A stretch of 64,000 bases of DNA, taken from NCBI RefSeq assembly GCF_009914755.1, contig NC_060937.1, one strand, 5' to 3'. This document shows, one piece after another, positions 41,417 to 52,650 of this stretch. A program made the translations under genes and the position numbers. The DNA is from the human T2T-CHM13v2.0 reference genome, Homo sapiens. The number at the start of each line of letters is the position of its first letter. Within the stretch, counting starts at the first letter, position 1. The notes beneath the pieces were generated by a model, which made no database searches, had not been told where the DNA came from, and saw only the letters and a list, made by a program, of their open reading frames with translations.

Positions 41417-41809
41417 TGTTATGGGCTGAATTTTGTCCCTTCAGAAATTCATATGTTGAAGTCCTAACCTGTAGAGCCTCAGAATATTGAGACTCTATTT
41501 AGAGATAGGGACTTCAGAAGAGGTAATTATGATAAAATAAGGTCATATGGGTAGATCCTACTTCAATGGCTGGTGTTCTTATAAGAAGAGGAGATTAGGA
41601 CACAAAGACACACAGAAAAAAAAGACCACGTGAAGGCACAGGGTGAAGACAGCCATTTCCAAGCCAGAGAGGGGGCCTCAGAAAAAAATCCACCCTGCTG
41701 AGACCTTATCTTGGACTTCTAGCCCTCAGAAATGTGAGAAAATAAATTTCGGTTGTTTAAGTCATGAAATCTGTGGTACTGTGTTATGCAGCCCTAGCAA
41801 ACTAGTACA
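41417..41809 (+). mobile_element. MLT1B-like MaLR solo LTR
   Basis: tgttatgggctgaattttgtccc...gcagccctagcaaactagtaca; TSD atttt / atctt. Confidence 0.9.
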
Positions 41810-42553
41810 ATCTTACCCTAATGCATTTGAAAGCTTACAATAAACCAAATACAATTTATCAAATCTGACTCAAGAAGAAACTGAAAACCTGGTCTTATTA
41901 CCATTAAAAATTGAATTTTAAGTTCAAATTTTACCCACAAAAAGCCACTCATCCCAGATAAATGGGTTCTACCAAATCCTTAAAGAGTAGATAATTGTTT
42001 ATGCACATTCTTCCAAAAGATAGAAAAAGATTCTAACATAGCTACCAAAACCCAGTCAGAATATTTTTTTAAAAGTTACAGCCAATCTCACTTATGAAAA
42101 TAGATGCAAATATCCTATATAAAATATTACTAAACATATCCCAGTGGGATATAAAATTATCATGATGAAGTTGAATAGAAAAAGCATTAAACATATTTAT
42201 AAATTCAACAAAACTAAATATTAAATCAAAATAAAAAGTAAAAATCTACCATCTCAGAGAAAATAATTTCTATACATTTAATCAATCCTGAATATCTACC
42301 CCATCATCCCTACCAAAAAAGATGACCATTCAATAGAAAAATGGTCAAAAGACAAAAATGATTCCAAAGAAGCTGAAGTCCAAATAATCAATAAACATAT
42401 GAACCATTAATAACAAAATGCAATTAAAACTACAGTGAGACACTATTTAACGCACACCAGATTGAAAAATCTTCAAATGTCAGCAGACACCCACAGTTAG
42501 TACGGACGTGGTAAAATGGGACTATTAAACAGTACTATTTAGGAACTGTTGCA

Positions 42554-42859
42554 GGCTGGGCACAGTGGCTCACACCTGTAATTCCAGCACTCTGAGAGGC
42601 CAAGACAGGAGGATCACTTGAGGCCAGAAGTTCGAAACCAGCCTGGGCAACGTGGCAAAACCTTGTCTCTATAAAAAATACAAAAATTAGCCGGGCGTGG
42701 TGATGCCTGCCTGAAGTCCCAGCTACTTGGGATATGGAGGCAGGAGGATTGCTTGAGCCAGGGCAGTTGAGGCTACAGTGAGCTGTGTTTGTGTCACTGC
42801 ACTCCAGCCTGGGAGACAAAGACCCTGTCTCAGAAACAAACAAACAAACAAACAAAAAA
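42554..42859 (+). mobile_element. AluJb-like element with (AAAC)n tail
   Basis: Dimeric Alu with J diagnostics (gaggctacagtgagctgtg, gaccctgtctc); TSD aactgttgca / aactattgca. Confidence 0.95.
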
Positions 42860-43327
42860 CTATTGCAACTACATGGGAAAACAATTGGACATTATCCAGG
42901 AGAGTTGAAAATTTCTCTACAATCCAGCAATTCTACTTCTGGGTATATATTCCAGAGAAAATCTTCTATATTTGTACCAGGACACATTTAAACGACTCTT
43001 CATAGCAGGTTTAAGATAGCAAAAAGCTTAAAAGAATAGGAATGTCCATTGCTGAAAAATGGATAAATTATGGTGTAGTCATAAAATAGAATTCTATTCA
43101 TTTGTGGAAATAAATAATCTTACCTATACGCATCAATGTGAATGAATATCAAAAACAACAATGTCAAGTAAAAAAAGCAGATCATAAAAATATAAACAGT
43201 ATGGTACTATTCATATGTCTCAAAACAAACAAAAGTAAATGATACATAGTTTGAACATGTACTTATATATGATGAAAAGAAAGGAAATTATAATACAAAA
43301 TTCAGGATAAATGGTTATGTGTGAGAC

Positions 43328-43608
43328 TGCTACTGTCTGAATGTGTCCCTCCAAAATTCGTGTTGAATCCTAATCTCCACTGCAGTGGTAATAAGAGGCG
43401 GTGCCTTTTAGGAGGTGATTTACGAAGCTGCCTTGTCCCTTCTGCCAAGAGAAAATGCAGCTAAGAGTAACCTCTGGCCAGACACTGAATCTGCTGGAGA
43501 GTTCATCTCGGACTTCCCAGCTTCCAAACTCTGAGCAATACATTTCTAGTATTTATAAATTACTCAGTCTAAGGTATTTTGTTACAGCAGCCCAGACAGG
43601 CTAAGAAA
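43328..43608 (+). mobile_element. MLT1A0-like MaLR LTR (internally deleted)
   Basis: tgctactgtctgaatgtgtccctccaaaattc...aaattactcagtctaaggtattttgttacagcagccc; TSD gagac / gggac. Confidence 0.85.
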
Positions 43609-44052
43609 GGGACTAAAAGGGGTCTTGAAAAAAAATACTGGAAACAATCTATTTTTTTAAGTTAGGTTTCTCTGTTATCATGGCTTACAACTTACACAGT
43701 CAATACATATATATTCTTTTTTATCTTTCAAATACTTAATAACTTAAATTATCTCCCCTGTGCTTTGTCGACTAGAGTGATTAATTCTTTTAATTGGTTA
43801 AACAAGAACTTTCAAAGTCTGATTTTGAAAAACATTAACTTCATTGACTAGGATTTGCTTTATTAAGGTGATATGCTCATCACACAACAGAAGCAGTTAT
43901 TTTATTTTTAAGGCATGAATAGAAACTTAATTTGCAATACAAAAAGCACAAGGAAAAGTGGTTAAGAAAATCCTCAGAACACTCAACAAACTAAAAGAAA
44001 TGAAGGAGGAGGAGGAGGTTCCATTTTGGGGGTTTTCTTGGTCCCATATGCA

Positions 44053-44226
44053 TTGAAAGGTAAATGTACACTTAGGCAAAGACAATTGTCAGAAAGGATA
44101 TCTTCCATTATTGAAAGGTAAACGTACACTTAGGCAAAGACAACTGTCAGAAAGGATATCTTCCATCATTGAAAGGTAAATGTACACTTAGGCAAAGACA
44201 ACTGTCAGAAAGGATATCTTCCATTA
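44053..44226. repeat. Tandem repeat, 3 x 58 bp
   Basis: Unit ttgaaaggtaaaYgtacacttaggcaaagacaaYtgtcagaaaggatatcttccatYa starts at 44053, 44111 and 44169. Confidence 0.98.
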
Positions 44227-45840
44227 AAAAATAAAAAAGAAATCTTGTTGCTAGATGCCTTATTATAAAATTGTTGGGTTATCACAAATGTGTAGATTTA
44301 TAATCATAAATACACTTGGTATAGGAAAAAAACACTCTTCATATTTGTTACTATATTTAGCAATAGCCTAAGCAGTACATTCAGAGCATTTTTACCAAGA
44401 TATCAGCCTAGCCATGGAGAGTAACTGCTTAGGAAAATCCCTCTCTTGCCATTTTTCTCATAGTTAAGTCCTGTAAACCAGACCCTTTCCCTCATCTACC
44501 ACATACTGGAAAACTCTATCTTAATAAAAGAAATGTTCAGTATTTCAGGTTTTCTGTCACCCACTTTTCATTTATTTCAGGATTTCATTTTTCTTTCTTC
44601 TGTCACATATAATCATACTCTTTAACACTTTTTTTCCAAAAAAAAAAGAAAAAAAAGTAAAATTCATTCTCATTTTTCTCTCATTCTCCTTCTTTTGCTC
44701 TTACTCACATTTCATTCATCCTCTTGTTCAAATATTCATTGAAAAGATCTCTATAAGGCAGCTTAATACTTATCCAGTATGAGGCTCGCACCCTGTCCCT
44801 GTCTACCATCACTCCTCTCACCAAGGAATCCCTTTATCTTTGTTCCTGGAAGTTCAAGTGTACAGGGTTTCCTAGTCCTGTACTATGGCTCAACCAGAAC
44901 GCCAGGCAACCAACCCTGGCACAGTCTAAGACTTAACATGCGATTAAAAAGCCACTTGCTTTCCAGCCCTGCTGTACAGAAGCTGCCCTATGCCACCACC
45001 TTTCTTGGTGCCAGCATGATTCAACTTAGTGATGTCAGCACGGACCTTTCACTACCCATCCCATTCTTCTCTCCAGTATCAGTGCCTTCTGGTTCGTGAA
45101 CCTCTGTCTGAATTAACTACATTCCTGCTTATCGGGTGTTCTCCAGCACCGTGTCCTCCCAGTTACTGCCTGCCAATCTTGCCTCTAACTTACTCCCAGC
45201 CTTTATATTATTCATTCATATTCTGCATACAAACTATTGCTATCATTCTTGCTCATAACTTTGCTCTAAACTTTACTATCTGGACAAGTCCCTGGTGTCC
45301 CAATTATTCACATATTTCCATCATGTACAAAATCAGAATCCTCCTTTTCCTCATATTATGTTTTCTCTTTCCTAAACTCTCAATCACAAATCCCTGAGGC
45401 CACAAAGCCCTGGCCCCAGCCTGACTGGTCTATGGCATTATAGACAGGCAGTCAAGATCCCAAATCCAGGGAGCAGAGTGGCCTCAACCACAACAGACAG
45501 CAGTAACTGAGTCAAGTACCATATGAAAAAGCAAGAAGAGGCCACAAATAATCTTGCAGGTTCTCAGAGTCGTGCAGAATTCATAAGCAGTGAATCCAGG
45601 CAGGTGGTATTCTAGGGCAGATGAGCCTTCCTCATGTGGAGACGTCCATTCATGTGACAGCACTGTCCTCTCCACTACAAGGGTGGGTCCCAGGAGCAGT
45701 GCTTCAGACAGAAATGGGAAAATCAAGGAAAGAACAGGAACCAACAGAGGTCTATAATCCTCTATAAGATCCTCGGGTGGCGAGGACAGCAAGCAGGTAG
45801 AGCTGCAAGTGAAATGGCAGAGAAGAGGCAAGGAAAGACT

Positions 45841-46495
45841 TGGTGGTGGATTTGAACTATCTCAACTACATGTCTACATTTTCAGAACTGTCTTCCCTGC
45901 AGCATGCCATCATTTTTGGGTTATAAGAGCCATCCTGGCGGGACTCGGGGCAGTAGTGAAGCACCTGCCGCATGCATCTCACACTGGGAAGGTGCAGCTC
46001 ACACACACTGTCGCCTATGTGCCTGCTCTCCTCGCTGGCACAGGGAAGCGGCTGGTCCACGGGATTGCCTTCATCTGCTTATTTTATTCATAGGCCATGA
46101 CGCGTCTTGCTCAGGGAAGGGTGCCAGCTTCTCCCACAGTTCCCTGGCCTCTCTGAAGTTAGAGGCTTATGATCAGTGAGGGTCTATGTGGACTGGCATG
46201 TGCCCTTGTACATCCAGTGTGGCCTTCCTCTCCTGCGCTCCACTCTCATCCTTCCTTCCCGACTGCTAGCCCTGGTGATTTCAGCTCTGGCGCCAAATAT
46301 ATAGAAGCAACAGCCATATATAATGTGCTTAACTAGTTCCTACCATCATAGGAGGTCAAGTCCTTTTAAGTCCCATATTCGGCACCTTTCCCCTCATTCT
46401 GTTTCTCTTTTCACACCCCAACTGATACAGAATTTGGCACCAGAACTAGTTCCAGAAAAACAAAACGTTACGGATTCCTCCAGTTTGAAGATGAA
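45841..46495 (+). mobile_element. ERVL LTR (LTR41-like) with primer-binding site and start of internal sequence
   Basis: LTR body (ctacattttcagaac...gcagctcacacacactgtcgc...gaagggtgccagcttctcc...cttcccgactgc) ends actgataca at 46429; tggcaccagaactag at 46435 resembles the ERVL tRNA-Leu PBS. Confidence 0.75.
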
Positions 46496-46496
46496 C

Positions 46497-47003
46497 TGTA
46501 GCTGATGCTGTTTTCCAGAAATGTTCACTACAGTATCTCCAGTCACATGTGCTCTTCCAGAATGTTTCCACTCTCCCATCAAGGGGTGGGGGATATGTCC
46601 CCTCCTTTTGAATTAATGAGCCTGTCTTTATAATCACCTGGATGAACAGAATATGGGGGAAATCACATGGCATCACTTCCAAGGGTGACACAGCTTCTGC
46701 CTGGTGTTATCCCCACCCACCTTCCCCAGTGCGCAGCTTTACTGTTAAGGAAGCCTTGGCCACATGAAGGCGTTGCAGCCAACAGACTGGCTGAGAGCCA
46801 GCACTAACTGGAAAACATGTCGACGAGAGTCTTCATGATTGCAGTCATCCGCCTTTGAACCTCAGCAGCCACTGAGCAGAGCAAGGAGAAGCCGACTCCA
46901 CCAAGTCCTACCCAAGTAGCCACTTCAAGAGCAAAACACATACTGCTTTTGCTTTAAGCCACTAACCTGGGATGCTCTGTTTTGCAGCAATGGATGATGA
47001 AAT
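46497..47003 (+). mobile_element. MLT1F/G-like MaLR LTR
   Basis: tgtagctgatgctgttttccagaaatg...ccactctcccatcaaggggtgggg...gctttaagccactaacctgggatgctctgttttgcagcaatgg. Confidence 0.78.
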
Positions 47004-48197
47004 CGTGGTTGTCACAAGGTGCCCAGATTCCAACTCTCAGTTAAAAAGGACACTCAACTCTCAGTTAAAAAGGAACACCTACCCTTCAATTTGAGTGCAC
47101 ATGATTGAAAACAGGGAAAGGGATTACTCACGGCAGAAGGGTGCAAGGCCGACAACCAGTGATTATCACAGTGTGCAACATTAGAAGGAGGCTTTAAACC
47201 AGGCTCAGGGTCCCAAACCCCAGACTCTGTGTAACTACCATCCCCTTTTTACTTACAGTCCTGGCTCTAACGACTCTCCATGTGTTTGCTCTCAATCTTC
47301 CAGCTTCTCATTGTCAAGCGGCCTTTCATTTTCCCCTAGATGCCAGCTATTAGCACTCTAAATTAAAGGAGTCATCCCTGAGATGTGAAGCTATTAAAAC
47401 TGCAAAAGGCCCCTCTCACAGATTTTGCTCCCCTTAGACTCTCTGCTGTGTGAAGACGGATGAAAAGAAAAAGCTATACAGAACTTTTCCTCACTTTGAT
47501 AACAAAAACAATCAAAAAAATTCCCCCAGAAAAAGTTCTTTGAAATCTAAAGGATCTCACTACCCTGAAAGAGGCAACAGCCCTAGCCTATCTGTTAATT
47601 TCAATAGATAGCTGCTGGCTAGGTATTAACTAAACTTTAAATACAGCTCCGGAGCCACAGCTGCAAGAGATACAGGATGTCTTAGTAAGTGTATGGGTTG
47701 TAAGTAAGTGCATGCTATCACCTCAAGAGCTTTTAACGAGATAACCAAACATGTTTCCTGAAACTAGATTTCAGTTTTATCAGATACGCTACAAATAACA
47801 ACATACAAAAACAAAGGAAAATTTGTTAGGCCAAAAGGTCTGATGAATTCTAAAAGTAGTTCATCTAGCTTTGAAGGCACATAAAACCATAGTATCACCA
47901 TGTGAAACTGTGGTAAACAATCTACTGTTTGCAAAAAATTAGATATTTATTAGATTTTTTATAATGGGAAATTTTAATATTATCACTTGCTTCATTTAGC
48001 TGCAAAAGTGATTTGAATGGACTTTTTTCTTCCAATCACAAGAAGGAAGAAAATTATATTTTGATTGACATAAATCATAATTTGCTTGACTATTAATGGA
48101 ATTAGCAAAATGAGAATTCTTTCAAAATTCCCAACCACATGTTTATGACAAAGGTAACATGTACCTGCAATCACAGTCACTTACGTTTTTGAAAACC

Positions 48198-48680
48198 TGT
48201 GGCTGGCAGAGTAATGGCCCCCTAAAGATGTCCATGTCCTAATCCCTGAAATCTGTTAGGTTACATGGCAAAGGGGAATGAAAGTCACAGATGGAATTAA
48301 AGTTGCTAATCACCTGACCTTAAAATAAGGAGATCATCCTGGATTATCTAGGATAGGCCAAAGTAATCACAATAGTCCTTAAATGTGAAGGAGGGAGGTA
48401 GAAGGGGAGAACCAGAGAGATGGCAGTACCAGAAGGACTTGGCCCAAAGCTGCTGGAGTTGAATGGACCAAGGAACCTGAGTAGGCTCTAGAGGCCGGTA
48501 AGGAAATGGAATCAGTCCTAGGACCTCCAGAAGGGAATATAATCCTCCCAATACTTTGAGTTTAGCCCAGTGAGACCATTGGACTTCTGACCACCAGAAC
48601 TGTAAGATAAATTTGTGTTTTTTTTTCAAAACCACTAAGTTTGTGGTAATTTGTTACAGTGGCCATAGAAAACAAATTAA
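48198..48680 (+). mobile_element. MLT1D-like MaLR solo LTR
   Basis: tgtggctggcagagtaatggccccctaaagatgtccatgtcctaatccctg...ccactaagtttgtggtaatttgttacagtggccatagaaaac; TSD aaacc / aagcc. Confidence 0.9.
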
Positions 48681-49249
48681 AAGCCTTTAATAAAAATAAA
48701 TTCACTTTCATATTAAGTGTCTTGCTCTAAAAGCACAAATAGTTGAAGCAGCATGTTAAATATGAATAATCAATTGATTCTTAAATTGGAATTTTGAGAA
48801 ACTTACACTCCATTAGACTATAAGATACACTGAAAAACTGATTACGTGTAAGACACAAAAAATCACACTTCTTGAGTCAATAATTATTAACATTATTAAA
48901 TAAAATTCTTTAGAAAAAGTAAGAAATTCTCACCTAACATCAGCTTAAGAGAAGGGAAGAAGCTGCCTTATTAAAATAATATACAACTGTTGATACATAA
49001 AACTATATAGATATTATACTTCAATAAATGTTTTTAATAATCAATTACTATGCTGCTTTAACACTATAATGTTCTCAGTAAGTAAAAAAATTTTAACTAA
49101 AATGATATTTGAAAGACACTTGTATCATTTTTATGATCACTCTTGAAAATTTCTGGTAAAATATAATAATTACTTTGGTAAGGTACTCTAAATAGCTTAG
49201 CTGAAGAACCACTATAATCAAGTGGCCAGAGAATGAAAATGTGTAAATA

Positions 49250-49615
49250 GGGAAGAGAAAAAGAAGAAGGGAGGGAGGGAGCAGACATGGGAGAGGGGAG
49301 AGGGAGAGGCAGAGAGAAAGTGGGGGGAGAGGAAGTGAGGGGAAGAGAGGAAATTGGAGAGAGGAGAGAAGAAGTGGGAGAGGAGAGAGAAAGTGGGGGG
49401 GTAGAGGAAGTGGGAGGAAAGAGGAAGTGAGGGGAAGAGAGGAAATTGGAGAGGGGAGAGAAGAAGTGGGAGAGGAGAGAGAAAGTGGGGGGGTAGATGA
49501 AGTGGGAGGAAAGAGGAAGTGGGGGAAGAGGAAAGAGGAACTGCAGGGAGAGGGAGGGTAGAGAGGGAAAGAGTGAGAGTGAGACAAGGAAGGAGAGGAA
49601 GGTAGAAAAAGAAAT
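49250..49615. repeat. GA-rich polypurine tract with internal ~70-90 bp duplications
   Basis: gagagaaagtgggggg recurs at about 49312, 49385 and 49477; gaggaagtgaggggaagagaggaaattggagagg occurs twice. Confidence 0.95.
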
Positions 49616-49899
49616 AAGCCTCAACAGATTCTGGCCGAAATGTAAATCTTTGACTTGTGTTTGTCATTTCAAATACTGTCTAAATAAAGATGTCATTTCC
49701 AGAGTCTCCCCTCTGCTTCCATGGCACAGCAGTGCCCCTTAGGAGAAGGGCTCCTGTCTTCCTTCATTCTGCCACTTCCAGTAGATCCCCTGGAATCATT
49801 GATTATCACACATTTATCTTTAAGAAGAAATTTTTCAGGGCACTTTTGTGCCCAAAGAAAAAATACACCCTTTTGCATTTGCTAAGAATTTTTTCTAAA

Positions 49900-50172
49900 C
49901 TAACTTTTCTTGGCTGCTCCCATTTCTTACAGTCAGTGTCATACTGGCAACTCAAGGTCTAGCTCAAATGTCACTTTAAATGTGAAGCCTTCCAGAACCC
50001 ACATCCCAATTCCCTGGCTCTAATAAATATATTATGGCACCAATCACATACAACTGTAGAAACTTATCTGCCCATCTCTGAGATAATGAAGTCTTCAAGG
50101 CAGAGTCTAAATACAATTTGTCTTTCTAGCCCAGTGTCTAACAAATAATAAATGCTAAATATATGTTTGAAT
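49900..50172 (+). mobile_element. L2 3'-end fragment
   Basis: caaggtctagctcaaatgtcact...gtgaagccttcc...gtcttcaaggcagag...aaatatatgtttgaa. Confidence 0.6.
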
Positions 50173-50509
50173 TGTAGTGTTTGCAACACCACAGGACAGA
50201 AGTTGCCAACATTCTGTAAGTGAACCAATAACATATGCCCCAACTACCACAGCATATCCAATGTTATTTCCTCCAAGAGAATTGGCGATGATTCTATTCT
50301 TTATCAACACAGAGTAGAACAATTTGGAAGTCCCCAGTCAGACCCCAACACCAGAAGCTGCCATATAAGAAGAACACCTGGTACCCATCCCAGCATGCTC
50401 TTCAGTCAAAGGAAATAAAATATACAAATGCTGGTCTAAGTAGCCAATTTTCCTAAAGCTAAACTGACTATACTGTAAACATGACTAACACAGCTTAAAA
50501 TGATAAAAA

Positions 50510-50730
50510 CAGCTATTTTAATGAGCACTAGTAACTACCAGGCAATATGCAAATGCTTTAGAATTTTTTTCTCATTTAACCTTCACAATAATTTTATGGA
50601 GTAGGAACTATTACTGTTATTGCCATATCACAGACATGGCAACTGAAATATACAAGCAAAGTTGAACACTGGCAGAACCAGGATGGAAACCAGACAATCT
50701 GAGTACAAAGTCATTTTTTTAAACACCACA
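50510..50730 (-). mobile_element. MIR SINE
   Basis: ctcatttaaccttcacaataattttatggagtaggaactattactg...acagacatggcaactga. Confidence 0.75.
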
Positions 50731-51329
50731 GCAAGTTCAATATTCTCCATGTGCCCCTTAAATCCATTTAAAAGGTTACTTATTCAAAATGGCAATGTAA
50801 AGGCATTTTTACAGCCTTCTTTTAAAACCCACTGAAAAAGGGCAAAGCAAATAAAAAAATAAAAAATAAACCCTCCACCTTTAGTGAGAGTTAAAAGTCA
50901 CAAACTCAAATTCCCAATCAAAGCACATCTGTCAAATACTGTGAAATGTGAGAGGCAACTGGGAGCTGACAAACAGCTCCTCAAACCTCAAACAAAACAC
51001 AGAATTTCCTAAAAGTAAAAATCACAGTTACACAAGACCTATTCAATGACCCTTTGATTACGATAGACATCAGACTAAGTGAATACAGATCAATTTCTCA
51101 GAAAGCAGAGAAAGTGTTGTTGAAAGAACAAACACACAGGCACTGCCTTTTGTGGAGCCTAGCTCCCTCATGAAGGGGTTCATGCGCTCCCTCATGACGT
51201 GGCAGAAGGAAGGAAGACAGGAGCCCTTCACTTAAGGGGCACTGCTGTCCAATGGAAGCAGAGCAGACTCTGGAAATGACACCCTTATTTACACAGTATT
51301 TGAAATAACAAAATCAAGTCAAAGATTTG

Positions 51330-52650
51330 CACTCACTAGCTCATACCCAAATCACCAGTGCTCCTGCTGATACTGTGCTCTGGCAAACACTAGCCCCATA
51401 TAAAGATAAGCGATACTCAGGGAGAGTCCATGAGAACTGCAGGTAAAAGCAGCAAATACCAAAAGCCAGAGAGAAATGTAAGCAAGAGGCCAATGAAGAA
51501 CAATCACAGGAGAAATAACCCAAGCAAACAGATGAGGAATTTAGACAAATATCTCTTCATAGACTCCAAAAAATTAAAATAATTACACATAAAAGTTTCT
51601 TTAAAAAAAAAGTTCAAGGCAGAGGTACAAGTGTAAGTTCAGGAAGTACAAGGGTTCACTAATACAATAACAGAAAACTAAAAGAAACGAAAATAAGTCG
51701 ACATAGCTATGAAATATAGCCACCTTGGGAACAAAAAAGTAAATAATTTAACTGAAAATATAGTTTTTTAAAAAGTTCAACTTGAAAGCACACTGAGTGA
51801 AATTAAAAAGTTAAAGATGAAGGCCACAGATATGGAAAATCAAGGAGAAACATCACACATATTATCAGGGTTACTAAAGAGAAGAACAAAATAGTGTACT
51901 TTAAATAAAATTTTAAAACTTCCTGTCATAAAAACAGACTCTACTTCTCAGAGATTAAGAGCAAGATCCAAGAAAAAATGGAACAGAATGACAAAAAGTA
52001 AAACAATTGATGAAGTTCCTGAACTTTCAGGTTTAAAATAAATTGTTCATTAGCATCCTGGACAAAAAAAACAAAACAAGAACAAGTGAAAAGATCAGTT
52101 TGCTTCAAACTTCACAGTGACACCAAATGCCAGATGACAGGGAAGCCATGTCTCCATATTTCTGAGGGAAGTAATAATACTACATAGCTTTGATAATTAC
52201 AATTAAGAATCATAAAATAAATGTGAATAACCTTAATTTTAAAAGAATAGTAAAACAAAAAGAGGAAAAAGGGAGTCAGGAAGAAACTTTGTTAATTTTC
52301 CCATCTTTCTAACAAAAAGTCAAAAGATTCTGTTTCAAGTTAAATTCAGTCATTTCAAAAAACAGAATTCAAAGTTTGGGTTTTTTTTAATTAACTGTTA
52401 ATAATATCATTTTGGTAAAAGGATATTAATATGAAATTAATCTATTAGGCTTAAATTCAATTCTTATTTTTTTCATTCCATCAGAAGCAAACTAAAAAAT
52501 ATTCTTTGTAAGAGATGCAAGGTATAAATATGATCTTATTTTTAAAAAACCGTTTCTAATTATTTGTATGTATGTACACAGAGAAGCTATAAATAATGTT
52601 CACCGAATATGAACAGAAGATATGAGGCACGGAGATGATGGGGCTTTGCA
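51330..52650 (+). mobile_element. HAL1 / ancient L1 ORF1-type fragment
   Basis: Similar to the 35190-36300 element (ccaagaaaaaatggaacagaatgac...ctgaactttcag...caccaaatgccagatgacagggaagc). Boundaries approximate. Confidence 0.6.

Noticed and set aside
44053-44226. CRISPR-like array
   Set aside because: Head-to-tail tandem units with no unique spacers, in primate intronic DNA.
45866-46179. Overlapping 64-94 aa ORFs as a possible retroviral gag remnant or gene
   Set aside because: They fall inside the LTR body, upstream of the PBS, and show no gag/pol motifs.
49093-49667. Three overlapping 149-175 aa Pro/Ser/Leu-rich ORFs
   Set aside because: Artefacts of the pyrimidine strand of the GA-rich repeat.
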